A stretch of 64,000 bases of DNA from an uncultured Bacteroidia bacterium. Its GTDB lineage: Bacteria > Bacteroidota > Bacteroidia > Bacteroidales > UBA932. The stretch lies in contig CACXKV010000002.1 in assembly GCA_902768365.1 (NCBI GenBank), positions 53,978 through 117,977 on the forward strand. The letters are read 5' to 3'. Under the pieces are notes generated by a model that saw nothing but the letters and a program-made list of their open reading frames with translations, searched no databases and had not been told where the DNA came from. How positions within the stretch are numbered: the first letter of the stretch is position 1; each line of letters begins with the position of its first letter. Made by a program: the position numbers and the translations under genes. This document shows, in pieces, positions 19,433 to 28,916 of this stretch.

Positions 19433-20098
19433 ATGACAGGCAACACAATCATACAAGCCAGCGGCATTACAAAATCTTTCGGAGACCTTCAGGTGCTGCG
19501 CGGAGTCGACTTCAGCGCCGCCAAAGGCGAGGTGGTGGCCATAACCGGCGCATCCGGCGCAGGCAAAACCACCCTCCTGCAGATACTCGGAACCCTTTCC
19601 ACCCCGGACGGAGGCAGCCTCATGATCGACGGAGAAAACCCGCTCGCACTCAGCAGCCGCACCCTTTCGTCGTTCCGCGGCCGCAAGATTGGATTCGTAT
19701 TCCAATTCCACCATCTTCTGCCCGAATTCACCGCCCTGGAGAATGTGATGATTCCCGCGCTGATTGCCGGGCGGAGTGCGAAAGAGGCCGCCGAGGCCGC
19801 CAGAGGCCTGCTACAGGAGGTCGGCCTTGCAGAAAGGGCCGGTCACAAGCCCTCCGAGCTTTCCGGAGGGGAAGCGCAGCGCGTGGCCATCGCCCGGGCC
19901 CTCATCAACCGCCCGGCTGTGCTCTTTGCCGACGAACCCACGGGCAACCTCGACTCCGTCACCAAGGAAGAAATCCACCGCCTCTTCTTCTCACTCCGCG
20001 ACCGCCTGGGCCAGACCATCATCATCGTCACTCACGACCCGGCCCTCGCTGCCCTCTGCGACCGTTCCCTCACCATGAAAGACGGGCAGTTCGTATGA
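19433..20098 (+). CDS. lolD: LolD-like ABC transporter ATP-binding protein
   Basis: [50 protein letters not shown]. Confidence 0.85.
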   Translation: MTGNTIIQASGITKSFGDLQVLRGVDFSAAKGEVVAITGASGAGKTTLLQILGTLSTPDGGSLMIDGENPLALSSRTLSSFRGRKIGFVFQFHHLLPEFTALENVMIPALIAGRSAKEAAEAARGLLQEVGLAERAGHKPSELSGGEAQRVAIARALINRPAVLFADEPTGNLDSVTKEEIHRLFFSLRDRLGQTIIIVTHDPALAALCDRSLTMKDGQFV

Positions 20099-20712
20099 AC
20101 GCAGATCTCCGGAACTACGTAGAATCGGAAATCATCCCGCGCTACGCATCTTTCGACGAGGCGCACCGGGAAGACCACGCCCGCACGGTGATAGAGCAGT
20201 CGATGGCGCTGGCGGAGCATTATGATGTGGACCGCGACATGGTCTATGCCATCGCGGCTTTCCACGACACGGGCCTCTGCGAAGGGCGCGAGCGGCATCA
20301 TCTGGTATCCGGCCAGATCATCCGGCAGGATGCCCGACTCAAAGAATGGTTCAGCCCTGCTCAGATAGAAACCATGGCGCAGGCCGCGGAAGACCACCGG
20401 GCATCGTCCGACCACGAACCTCGCAGCATCTACGGCCGCATCGTGGCCGAGGCCGACCGCATCATCGACGGCGAAACCATAGTGCGGCGCACCATACAGT
20501 ACGGCCTCTCGCACTATCCGGAACTGGACCGTAAGGGCCACTGGGAGCGCATGTGCGCCCATCTCAAAGAGAAATATGATTACGGTGGATACCTGAAGCT
20601 GTGGATTCCCCAGTCTCCCAATGCCGCCCGCCTGGAGGACTTCCGCCAGAATCTGCGGAAACCAGGCTGGCTCCACGAACTGTTTGACCGGTACTACTGC
20701 GCTGACAGGTAG
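20095..20712 (+). CDS. HD-domain phosphohydrolase
   Basis: AHREDH..FHDTGL..HH..EDHRAS..AEADR; true start MNADL overlaps the lolD stop (ATGA). Confidence 0.88.
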   Translation: MNADLRNYVESEIIPRYASFDEAHREDHARTVIEQSMALAEHYDVDRDMVYAIAAFHDTGLCEGRERHHLVSGQIIRQDARLKEWFSPAQIETMAQAAEDHRASSDHEPRSIYGRIVAEADRIIDGETIVRRTIQYGLSHYPELDRKGHWERMCAHLKEKYDYGGYLKLWIPQSPNAARLEDFRQNLRKPGWLHELFDRYYCADR

Positions 20713-20784
20713 CGGTTTACGTAGTTTTTTGAGTGGGCCTTGTGCGTGGCGGTAGCGGATGTAAACCGCTACCTGTCAGCGCAG
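20697..20784. repeat. palindromic element family A (intergenic copy)
   Basis: Perfect 24-bp arms CTGCGCTGACAGGTAGCGGTTTAC around a loop AGTTTTTTGAGTGGGCCTTGTGCGTGGCGGTAGCGGA. Confidence 0.9.
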
Positions 20785-23493
20785 CATGGCTTCCGCAACA
20801 TTCCACCCCTCCACATGCACCACCGGCTTAGCCGGCGCATCGCCACGCGCAACCTCCAGGATTACAGTCTTGGAGGCACCCGGCAGCAGGGTGAAATAAT
20901 TATCGGTATAGAAGGTGTACGGCACCGGCAGACCGTCATCGCCCAGCAGCAGCACCTCGTTGAAGAAGGCGATCTTGCCCGAAGTATTCTTCAGCGTTAC
21001 ATCGAAATAGAAATTCTCCTCATCTGAACGCTTCTTCACGCTGCTCTTCACCTTGGCCTTGGGCATGGATGCAAGCGACTCGAAGCCCGAAGCGCAAGGC
21101 CCGGTCAGCGTGCCCTCTTTATATCTGGCGGTGGACCTCCAATAGAAATTCTCGCTCAGAAGCTTGCCCTTCGCGTCCCTCACTTCGAGCGCCAGGAAGT
21201 GCACAGGGGTGAGTTTTTCCGGCAGGCGCAAGCTGATGGCATCACAGGCCACCCCATCTGCCTTCACATTCACTCCCCTCACCGTCCAGGTGGCCAGGTT
21301 GTTGCTGTTCAGGTCGTAGAGCCGCGCCACCACCTTCAGGTCTGTCAGGGCGGTCAGCATATCGTTATACACCGACACCGTATTCTTCTCGTAGTCGAAC
21401 ATCACGTGCACGGGCTCCAGCGCGTGCATGGTATGGAACAGGGAGGCAGTGGGGATCAGGTACCAGTCCCACATGTGGTTCTTTATCATGGGGATGGGGC
21501 TGGCGTGGCTCCAGAAGAGGGTGCCTGAGCAGAAGCGGTCGCCATATCCCAGCTTGTTGTAGTTCCAAACATCCCAGATGGCCTTCGAATTCATCGCGCT
21601 CAGCAGCTGGGTCTTCCAGCCGTATTCCTTGATGGAGTGCGACTCGCCATAGTTGTCCGCCAGGGCCTTCACGGTGGTGGTCACCTTGCCGAAGCCGCTG
21701 CCGTCCAGGTAGTCCCACACATACTGGTTCATCGGCCAGATCTCTTCCGGGCGAAGGAAGCGCTGCAGGGAGGTCCAGTGCGGCATTCCGGTGAAGCCGT
21801 ATTCGGGGTTGAAGCCGTTCACGCGGCTGCCGCGGGGGGATGCCTTGTCGAGATAGTGGAGCATGGGGTTCACCTGCACGTAAGGGCTTCCGTCGTGGAT
21901 GCCGTCGCATTCGCTCTGCTGCTGCCAGGGGCGCGTGCCGTCCAGTTTCTCGATCAGCTCGCGCGTGCCGCTCACCTCGGTACTCTCGTTGGATGCCACG
22001 TAGAACATCACGCAGGGGTGATTCCTCACCCGCTTGACGCTGGATTCCACGTTGGCAAAGTAGGTCGCCACGTCGTGAGGATGGCGGGTATCTCCGGTCA
22101 TGAAGAACTCCTCCCACACCATGAATCCGTACTCGTCGCAGAGCTGATGGAAGTAGTCGCTTTCCACTATGCCGCCGCCCCAGAGGCGGAGGAGGTTGAA
22201 TCCGCACTGCGCGCTCATACGGAGCACCGCCGCCATGCGCTTGTCGTTGTCTTTCAGCATCGCCTCCGGGATCCAGTTGCTGCCGCGGACGAAGATGGGC
22301 TTGCCGTTCACCACGAAGAGCTTGCTCTCGTCCGGGGTTTCGCGCGTGGCCACGACCTCGCGTATGCCGAAGGTGGTTGTGAGAGAATCGCTCAGCACGT
22401 CATCATCTTCGAACACGCTGATTTTCAGGGAGTAAAGAGGATGCTCACCCTTGCCGAGAGGCCACCAGAGCTGGGGGTTGTCGATGTGCAGGCTGCGGAA
22501 GCTCTTGGGCGAGAAGACCACTTCCTGCACCTCCTCGCGGTAGAGCTCCACCGTCTTTTCGAAGCGGGCGAAGGGCTTGTCGGCGCCGGGCGCGCAGATC
22601 TCTCCCAACACCCTGGCCTTGTGGGTCTTGGGGCTGTCTACATAGCGGCTGCCCACCTCCACGCTCACGGTCAGGTCGGCCGCATCGTAGTCCGGATGCG
22701 CCAGTTTTGTGCGCACGAAGGGATGCCTCACGGTGACTCCACCCGTGGAGTAGAGGGAGATGCTGCGCCAGATGCCGGTGTTGCGGTCGCGCACAGCATC
22801 CCAGAAGGTGAAGTCCCAGCCCACGCTCATCAGCATGGTGGAGTTCAGGCCAATGTTGCCGTCTCCTCCGTTATTGTATTCGCCGGGCGCGCCCCAGGTC
22901 TTCTTGCCGGGCCTGCCGGGGAAATCTACCGGATACACCAGCACCGCCAGCGCATTGCGTCCGCCGATGTTAGCGAATTCGGTGATGTCGATGTCGTCGT
23001 CCCGGAACATGCCGGTGAGGGTGCTGAACAGATGCCCGTTCACCCAGAACTCCGCGCGGTAGTTGATGCCCTCCGGGTGCAGCCAGACCTTCTTGCCCGC
23101 GTAGTCCGCGGGGATGTCGAACTCGGTGCGGAACCAGTAAGTGTAGAAACCGCGGCCGACCTCGTTGATGTCCGGGATGAGGCCCTTGGAGAGGCGGTTG
23201 TTATCGGAGAAATACGGGTCCGGGACAAGGCCGTTTTCCACCATGTTCGTGAGCACCGTGGCTGGCACCCGGGCCTTCATCCATGCGCTGTCGTCGAATC
23301 CGGGCTGGGAGATCTTCTCGGCCTGGCCGGCCTCGGAGATGTTGCACATGCGCCAGCTCTGCCCCTCGGCAGTGTCGAAGTAGATGCGGTCTTTCAGCCG
23401 GGCGTTGTTAGGGGAAGGGGCTGCGTTTAGGGTGATGGCCGCCAAAAGCAGGCCTGCGGTTAACAACAAACTGCGGAAAACGGTCTTTTTCAT
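20776..23493 (-). CDS. glycoside hydrolase family 2 (beta-mannosidase / exo-beta-glucosaminidase-like)
   Basis: Signal peptide, EGINYRAEFWVNG, NPQLWWPLG, FGIREV, NLLRLWGGG, RVRNHP..SNE. Confidence 0.88.
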   Translation of the reverse strand: MKKTVFRSLLLTAGLLLAAITLNAAPSPNNARLKDRIYFDTAEGQSWRMCNISEAGQAEKISQPGFDDSAWMKARVPATVLTNMVENGLVPDPYFSDNNRLSKGLIPDINEVGRGFYTYWFRTEFDIPADYAGKKVWLHPEGINYRAEFWVNGHLFSTLTGMFRDDDIDITEFANIGGRNALAVLVYPVDFPGRPGKKTWGAPGEYNNGGDGNIGLNSTMLMSVGWDFTFWDAVRDRNTGIWRSISLYSTGGVTVRHPFVRTKLAHPDYDAADLTVSVEVGSRYVDSPKTHKARVLGEICAPGADKPFARFEKTVELYREEVQEVVFSPKSFRSLHIDNPQLWWPLGKGEHPLYSLKISVFEDDDVLSDSLTTTFGIREVVATRETPDESKLFVVNGKPIFVRGSNWIPEAMLKDNDKRMAAVLRMSAQCGFNLLRLWGGGIVESDYFHQLCDEYGFMVWEEFFMTGDTRHPHDVATYFANVESSVKRVRNHPCVMFYVASNESTEVSGTRELIEKLDGTRPWQQQSECDGIHDGSPYVQVNPMLHYLDKASPRGSRVNGFNPEYGFTGMPHWTSLQRFLRPEEIWPMNQYVWDYLDGSGFGKVTTTVKALADNYGESHSIKEYGWKTQLLSAMNSKAIWDVWNYNKLGYGDRFCSGTLFWSHASPIPMIKNHMWDWYLIPTASLFHTMHALEPVHVMFDYEKNTVSVYNDMLTALTDLKVVARLYDLNSNNLATWTVRGVNVKADGVACDAISLRLPEKLTPVHFLALEVRDAKGKLLSENFYWRSTARYKEGTLTGPCASGFESLASMPKAKVKSSVKKRSDEENFYFDVTLKNTSGKIAFFNEVLLLGDDGLPVPYTFYTDNYFTLLPGASKTVILEVARGDAPAKPVVHVEGWNVAEAMLR

Positions 23494-23546
23494 ATTTTTG
23501 TTTTATTTTTGCAAGGTTAATGTCAGTGTTTTACAAATATAAGAAA

Positions 23547-24209
23547 ATGAAAGCGAAATTCCTTGCAGCTGCCTTGCTGATTATTGTCGCCTGCTCGCCT
23601 AAAGCCGGATGGACCCCGGCTGAACTAGATATTATTGCCAATCCTATTGCCGGCACCGCCCCGGCTCTTGCTGCGGATAGTACTGCAGCCGGTTCCGTCG
23701 CTGCCGCTCCTGAGATTCTGCGTGTGCTGACCATTGAAGATGAGGCCGATTCGCTGATACTGCGTACGCCCTGCGCAGACTTCACGCCGGAAATGCTGAG
23801 CTCGCCGGAATACGCTAGTTTGGCCAGGCTGATGATGGCCACTGTTACCGACCCTTCGGAAGATGGTGTAGGCATCGCAGGGCCCCAGGTGGGGATTTCG
23901 CGGCGAGTCGTGGCCGTGCAGCGCTTCGACAAGCCAGGCGAGCCCTTTGAGGTGTATCCAAATGTGCGTATCGTTGACCGGCGCGGCGATCTTTGCTCCG
24001 GCCCCGAAGGCTGCCTTTCTGTGCCCGGGCGCCGTGGTAACGTGCTGCGCTACAGGGATATAGACATACAGTATTCGTTAGTAGATCGCGACACCACCGA
24101 ACGCATCCATGGCTTCACCGCCGTCATCTTCCAACACGAATGCGACCACCTCGACGGTGTGCTGTATATAGATAAGGTTATACCAGGATCTTTGCAGGAG
24201 CGCAACTAA
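23547..24209 (+). CDS. def: peptide deformylase with N-terminal lipoprotein signal
   Basis: GVGIAGPQ, EGCLS, QHECDH motifs; signal MKAKFLAAALLIIVAC. Confidence 0.88.
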   Translation: MKAKFLAAALLIIVACSPKAGWTPAELDIIANPIAGTAPALAADSTAAGSVAAAPEILRVLTIEDEADSLILRTPCADFTPEMLSSPEYASLARLMMATVTDPSEDGVGIAGPQVGISRRVVAVQRFDKPGEPFEVYPNVRIVDRRGDLCSGPEGCLSVPGRRGNVLRYRDIDIQYSLVDRDTTERIHGFTAVIFQHECDHLDGVLYIDKVIPGSLQERN

Positions 24210-24228
24210 GTAAGTCAAGGCGGCATCT

Positions 24229-24360
24229 GCCGTTCCCTGCAACAATCTGGCAATCAACAGGTTACACCATAAGGGATGCCGAATATTCAGCATCCCTTTT
24301 TATTTAACCATTTACAAATCAGTTACTTATAAGGAACAGCCAAATAAGCGGGTTTATGGG
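24229..24360. repeat. 132-bp cruciform repeat, left of RAYT-1
   Basis: Imperfect direct repeat of 25411-25542; inner hairpin AAGGGATGCCGAATATTCAGCATCCCTT. Confidence 0.9.
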
Positions 24361-24364
24361 GACC

Positions 24365-25288
24365 TTACCGGGGAACTGCCGAATGAGCAAGTTTATGGGT
24401 GGGCCTACTGGGGTCTGGCAAATGGAGGAATTTTCGCATCTGGTCGGCAGAAGCATCCACCTTCGCATACAGTTTCCTGCTTATCTTAGGAATCAGTTCC
24501 GGAGGGAGCAAATCGTAATTGGGCCCTTCGTATCCTATTGCCCTGCTGTGTTTTATCAACTTATTATAAACTGAGTGATCGCCACAGTCATCATCCAGAT
24601 CATATTCATTTCCAGCAATATTCTCCACTACATCCAAAGCCTTGTCAAAAGAACCGAATATTTCCTCCAACTCATCGTAGCTCAAGAAGTTATACTTACA
24701 GACAATATAATCGATCACTTGCTGTTTTTCTTCAGGAGTCAGGCCGGTAAAGATTCTTCTCAAAGTCGCATAGCCCAGGTATTTCCCCTCTCTAAAAAAG
24801 ATATCGACAACCTTTAGGGCATCCCTTACTATATGCCGGCTGCGGCGCTTCACAAGTTTGTGCGAAAAAGGATTCGGATTATCCTTGTATGCAAGCAGAG
24901 TCCATCTGTTTTGTATCGCCAGCCTGCACATTTTTCCTGCCACTGGATTATTGAAGATATATGCAATACATGCAATTATCTTCTTCACCGCATGCTTCCC
25001 TGCCCGCCCGAATCTCCGATTGAAAACCGGCCCGGTTCGGTCGTATTCCGTATTGTACTCCCGGCTGAATATAGTAGCCAAGCGTATCTGAAATTTCTTT
25101 AGATCTGGCTCCGATATATCTTTGAACAAGGAGTGAATGTGATTGAACATGATGGAGAAAGCAAGGACGCATAATCCCATTTCCTTTACCAACACACTGT
25201 AAACAGTAAAAAACACCAGGCAATCCTCAACTCTGTAGAACAGCCCCCAGCCATTCCGGCCCTTCATGTACACATGTTTCGCTTTCAT
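24365..25288 (-). CDS. HUH/Y1 transposase-like nuclease (RAYT-like) 1
   Basis: KHVY..G..LF..ED, AFSIMFNHIH (HUH), AYIFNNPV (catalytic Tyr); AT-rich relative to its neighbours. Confidence 0.82.
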   Translation of the reverse strand: MKAKHVYMKGRNGWGLFYRVEDCLVFFTVYSVLVKEMGLCVLAFSIMFNHIHSLFKDISEPDLKKFQIRLATIFSREYNTEYDRTGPVFNRRFGRAGKHAVKKIIACIAYIFNNPVAGKMCRLAIQNRWTLLAYKDNPNPFSHKLVKRRSRHIVRDALKVVDIFFREGKYLGYATLRRIFTGLTPEEKQQVIDYIVCKYNFLSYDELEEIFGSFDKALDVVENIAGNEYDLDDDCGDHSVYNKLIKHSRAIGYEGPNYDLLPPELIPKISRKLYAKVDASADQMRKFLHLPDPSRPTHKLAHSAVPR

Positions 25289-25410
25289 GTTTTTTTTCCA
25301 CAAAAGAAGAAAATGCCGAAGTCAATGTCAATCAAATTTATGCATAGTGGATTTATTTTTAAGTTTGCGTATAGGGATAAATCTTTTGGCCGGCATAATA
25401 TCAAAAGGTG

Positions 25411-25542
25411 GCCGTTCCTGGCAACAGCCTGGCAGCCAGCAGATTACGCCATAAGGGATGCCGAAAATTCAGCATCCCTTATTATCTAACAATCTACAAA
25501 TCAGCTACTTACCGGGAATGGCCGGATGGGCAGGTTTCTGGT
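25411..25542. repeat. 132-bp cruciform repeat, right of RAYT-1
   Basis: Direct copy of 24229-24360 with hairpin TAAGGGATGCCGAAAATTCAGCATCCCTTA. Confidence 0.9.
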
Positions 25543-25551
25543 ATGCTTGCT

Positions 25552-25591
25552 GGAAACGGGAAACGGGAAACGGAGAACGGGGAACGGGGAA
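25552..25591. repeat. heptamer tandem repeat (GGAAACG)n, about 5.5 copies
   Basis: ggaaacg ggaaacg ggaaacg gagaacg gggaacg ggga. Confidence 0.85.
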
Positions 25592-25592
25592 T

Positions 25593-26231
25593 CTACGCGA
25601 TCCACACCAGCACGTGGCGGTCGAAAGTGATGTACTCCAGATCGAACTCCTCTTCGAAGCCATCCTTATTGATAAAAGTAGCCTCAAGTTCGCCCTCGCC
25701 CTTCAGGCGGAAGGCATCCACTTCGATCTGCTCGGCGAAGTCCACCTTGTACTGGCTCATCTTCTTATAGACGGCCTCTTTGGCGCACCAGTAAATGGCG
25801 AGCTGCTCGTTACGGTGATCGTCGTCCAGGTCGTCGATTTCATCTTCGGAAAGAGCCTTCTTTTCCACCGCGGAGAAATCGCGGTCCAGGCTCTCGCAGT
25901 CGATGCCCACATCGTCCAGGTCGTTCAGGATAACTGCGACATACTTTTCGGTATGGGTGATCGAGATATTGGTGGCGTTGTTTTCGATATAGGGTTTGCC
26001 GTTGTCGTGGTGCGAAAGATACACCTTTTCTTCGAACATGGCGTCCAGGAGGGCGCGCACGGCCAGTTTCTGCTTGCGCAGAGATTCACTTTTAATGAAT
26101 GAGATTTCTTCCAGTTCGTCGGAAGGGATGGAGGATAATGCTTTTAATTCTGCCTCAGTTTCAGTGATATGCCAAACACCGAGACGCGAGTGCGCGTCGT
26201 CGTCGAGGTCTTTTGTAAGAAATAGTGCCAT
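25593..26231 (-). CDS. 4'-phosphopantetheinyl transferase (Sfp-like)
   Basis: NGKP, ISITHT, VGIDCE, YWCAKEAVYK. Confidence 0.9.
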   Translation of the reverse strand: MALFLTKDLDDDAHSRLGVWHITETEAELKALSSIPSDELEEISFIKSESLRKQKLAVRALLDAMFEEKVYLSHHDNGKPYIENNATNISITHTEKYVAVILNDLDDVGIDCESLDRDFSAVEKKALSEDEIDDLDDDHRNEQLAIYWCAKEAVYKKMSQYKVDFAEQIEVDAFRLKGEGELEATFINKDGFEEEFDLEYITFDRHVLVWIA

Positions 26232-26324
26232 AAATAATTACAACATGCAAATATAATCAATTTTTAGATATCTAAAAAATATGTATCTTTGTGCTGCTTT
26301 AAGCGACTATACTCTTAATTCATC

Positions 26325-27311
26325 ATGAAATATCTAACTAACGAGAAATTGGTCATCGTCGGAGCAGGTGGAATGATAGGCTCCAACATGGCCCAGTCCG
26401 TGCTTATGCTCGGTCTCACCCCCAATGTATGCCTCTACGATATCTACGAGCCCGGCCTCAAGGGCGTGCTCGGAGAGATTGACCACTGCGCATTCGAAGG
26501 TGCAAACGTCACCGCAACCATCGATCCCGCCGAGGCATTCACCAACGCGAAATACATCATCTCATCCGGCGGCGCTCCCCGCAAGGAGGGCATGACCCGC
26601 GAGGATCTTCTCAAGGGCAACTGCCAGATCGCTGCCGAATTCGGCGACAACATCAAGAAGTACTGCCCCGATGTGAAGCACGTGGTGGTTATCTTCAATC
26701 CGGCAGATGTCACTGCCCTCACCGCCCTCATCCACTCCGGCCTGAAACCCGAGCAGCTCACCAGCCTCGCAGCCCTCGACAGCACCCGTCTGCAGGAAGC
26801 TCTCGCGCAGGAATTCGGCGTGCAGCAGTGCAAGGTCACCGGCGCCCACACCTACGGCGGACACGGTGAGGCCATGGCAGTTTTCGCCTCCCAGGTCAAG
26901 ATCGACGGCAAGCCCCTCGCAGAGATGAAGCTCAGCGAAGAGCGCTGGGCAGATATCAAGCTCCGCACCGTCCAGGGCGGTAGCAACATCATCAAGCTCC
27001 GCGGCCGCAGCTCCTTCCAGAGCCCTGCATATCAGGCAGTTAAGATGATCGAGGCCGCGATGGGCGGCGCCAAATTCACTTGGCCTGCAGGATGCTACGT
27101 GAACAACAAGGTGTTCCAGAACGTGATGATGGCAATGCCCACCATTATCGACAAGACCGGCGTTCACTTCACCGCTCCCAAGGGAACCGCAGAAGAGATG
27201 GCAGCCCTCAAGGCTTCCTACGAGCACCTCTGCAAGATGCGCGACGAGATCGTCTCCCTCGGCATCGTTCCTCCGGTGGCTGAATGGAAGAGCCTGAATC
27301 CGAATCTCTAG
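26325..27311 (+). CDS. mdh: malate dehydrogenase
   Basis: GAGGMIG, GGAPRKEGMTREDLLKGN, NPAD, LDSTR, GGHG. Confidence 0.93.
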   Translation: MKYLTNEKLVIVGAGGMIGSNMAQSVLMLGLTPNVCLYDIYEPGLKGVLGEIDHCAFEGANVTATIDPAEAFTNAKYIISSGGAPRKEGMTREDLLKGNCQIAAEFGDNIKKYCPDVKHVVVIFNPADVTALTALIHSGLKPEQLTSLAALDSTRLQEALAQEFGVQQCKVTGAHTYGGHGEAMAVFASQVKIDGKPLAEMKLSEERWADIKLRTVQGGSNIIKLRGRSSFQSPAYQAVKMIEAAMGGAKFTWPAGCYVNNKVFQNVMMAMPTIIDKTGVHFTAPKGTAEEMAALKASYEHLCKMRDEIVSLGIVPPVAEWKSLNPNL

Positions 27312-27314
27312 TCG

Positions 27315-27429
27315 CTCATGGCGGCTAAAGCTCTGTAAATCAGGGCAATAAATATAAGTCTCCCCTCTGAAAACAGAGGGGAGACTTATATTTAACTATC
27401 TGGAAATCAGGCCATTAGCCGCCATGGGC
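27315..27429. repeat. cruciform element / bidirectional terminator
   Basis: Outer stem CATGGCGGCTAA/TTAGCCGCCATG, 20-bp inner stem AAATATAAGTCTCCCCTCTG, two TAA-N5-TG-N3-ATCA boxes. Confidence 0.85.
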
Positions 27430-27438
27430 TGCCGACGG

Positions 27439-28065
27439 CTAGATATTCTCCGGCTGCTGCACCGGCTTTTCTTTCGGCTGGCCTTTTCCATAGCCGGGCC
27501 TTCCCTTCCCATTGTTCTGCTGGCGATTGCCCTGAGGGCGCATGCCGGGCTGCTGCTGTCCCCTGCCGCCGGTCAGATTGTGGATCTGGCGGGTGCGGAA
27601 ACTGTCTTCGGCCACATAGAGCTTGGCGGTCTTAACCACACCGATGATCTTGATGAAGTCTTTCTGGTAGTCTGCCAGCACATTGCGCTGCCCGTCCTTC
27701 GCCTTGTTGTAGGCCTCGAGAGCGGCCTTCACTTCAGACTCTTCCTTGCCCTCTTTTAAAACCAGCTTCAGATCCTTCAGGGCCTTGCGGTACTCCTGAT
27801 TGTTCTCCATCTGCTCCTTGTGAGCCTTGTTGTACACGGGCCAGAACTTCTCGGCCTCTTCGGGGGTAAGTTCAAGTTCGGAGGTCAAGTAGGCGATGTG
27901 CTCGCTCTGGATGCGGTCTCTTGCACCCTGGCGGAATTGTTCTATGTCTTCCTTGGAAAACTTGTACTGCTGGGGCTTTTTGCCTTCCTGATTCTGGGCA
28001 AAAACTGCGACGCCAAGCAAAAGGGTAGCCGCTGCGATCAAAATCTTTCTCATAGTTTTACTCAT
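27439..28065 (-). CDS. periplasmic helical protein (Spy/CpxP-like) of ECF operon
   Basis: Signal peptide; IAYLTSELELTPEEAEKFWPVYN motif. Confidence 0.75.
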   Translation of the reverse strand: MSKTMRKILIAAATLLLGVAVFAQNQEGKKPQQYKFSKEDIEQFRQGARDRIQSEHIAYLTSELELTPEEAEKFWPVYNKAHKEQMENNQEYRKALKDLKLVLKEGKEESEVKAALEAYNKAKDGQRNVLADYQKDFIKIIGVVKTAKLYVAEDSFRTRQIHNLTGGRGQQQPGMRPQGNRQQNNGKGRPGYGKGQPKEKPVQQPENI

Positions 28066-28339
28066 TTACAATCAAATAATCTTCTATTTGCGCGAGCGTG
28101 ATGTCGGAACTGATGAGGTACTCGATAATCTCTTCGTCCGAGGCGGCAGGGATGGCGGTCCGGTTAAGAACCAGATTGCCCACGAGCACCGCAAGCGCGA
28201 AGCACGCTGCAAGCGCGAGGTAAGGAGCGAATTTCTGCATCCGGCCGGGCTGCTTCTCCTGCGCAGGAATTTCCGAGAGTCTCGTGCGGAGATTCTCGAA
28301 GTAGCCGTCCGGAACTTTGTATTGGATTTTCTTACTCAT
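28058..28339 (-). CDS. putative anti-sigma factor (single TM)
   Basis: YKVPDGYFE motif plus a TM helix, downstream of the ECF sigma. Confidence 0.7.
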   Translation of the reverse strand: MSKKIQYKVPDGYFENLRTRLSEIPAQEKQPGRMQKFAPYLALAACFALAVLVGNLVLNRTAIPAASDEEIIEYLISSDITLAQIEDYLIVNE

Positions 28340-28373
28340 ACCGATTAATTAGATGTAAAACCGTTGCAAAAGT

Positions 28374-28874
28374 TTAATCTTCTTCCGTCACCATCACCTT
28401 CACCTTCTCCGCTGCCTGATGGTAAGAAGCCTTCAAAGCGCCCACGGAGGTGCCTGTGATGGAGGAAATCTCTTCGTAAGGAAGCTCTTCGAAATAGCGC
28501 ATGCAGAAGACAGCACGCTGCTTGGATGGGAGTCTGGCTATGGCAAGGGCCAGCATGCGCTGTGCCGCGTCACCGTCGAACCAGGGGTCGGAATCTATCA
28601 CGCGCTCGGCCTCGGCATCCAGCGACACGAAGCTCAGCGCCGCCCGAACCTTCTGCTTGCGAAGGAAGCTCAGGGCCTCGTTGGTGGCAATCCTCCAAAG
28701 CCAGGTTTGGATGGAAGAATCCCCGCGGAAACCCGGCAGCGCCTTCCAGACCTTCACGAAAACATCCTGGAGGATGTCGTCGGTGTCCTCGTGGGAACCC
28801 ACCAAGGCGCGGATATGCCAGTACAGCGGTTCACTGTACTTCTCCACCAACTCCCGGAATTGTTGTTCGTACAT
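28374..28874 (-). CDS. ECF-type RNA polymerase sigma-70 factor
   Basis: DDILQDVFVKVW, TWLWRIATNE, LPYEEIS..GALKASYH. Confidence 0.92.
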   Translation of the reverse strand: MYEQQFRELVEKYSEPLYWHIRALVGSHEDTDDILQDVFVKVWKALPGFRGDSSIQTWLWRIATNEALSFLRKQKVRAALSFVSLDAEAERVIDSDPWFDGDAAQRMLALAIARLPSKQRAVFCMRYFEELPYEEISSITGTSVGALKASYHQAAEKVKVMVTEED

Positions 28875-28916
28875 ATATATTATAGACGCACCAACCTGTC
28901 AATAGATTATTGCAAG

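Noticed and set aside
19405-20094. N-terminal 230-aa extension of the HD-domain ORF
   Set aside because: It is an Arg/Pro-rich off-frame read of lolD; the real start is ATG 20095.
21637-23430. 597-aa plus-strand ORF (also 33147-34655, 38479-40359, 54634-55986, 58615-60822 and similar)
   Set aside because: These are antisense shadows of clearly identifiable GC3-rich genes (GH2, lepA, DUF2723, rnfB/C, dnaB) and show no motifs.
24365-25303. IS200/IS605 element with TnpB
   Set aside because: Both HUH proteins are about 290-310 aa with C-terminal extensions and have no adjacent tnpB, which fits RAYT-like proteins better than a ~150-aa IS200 TnpA.
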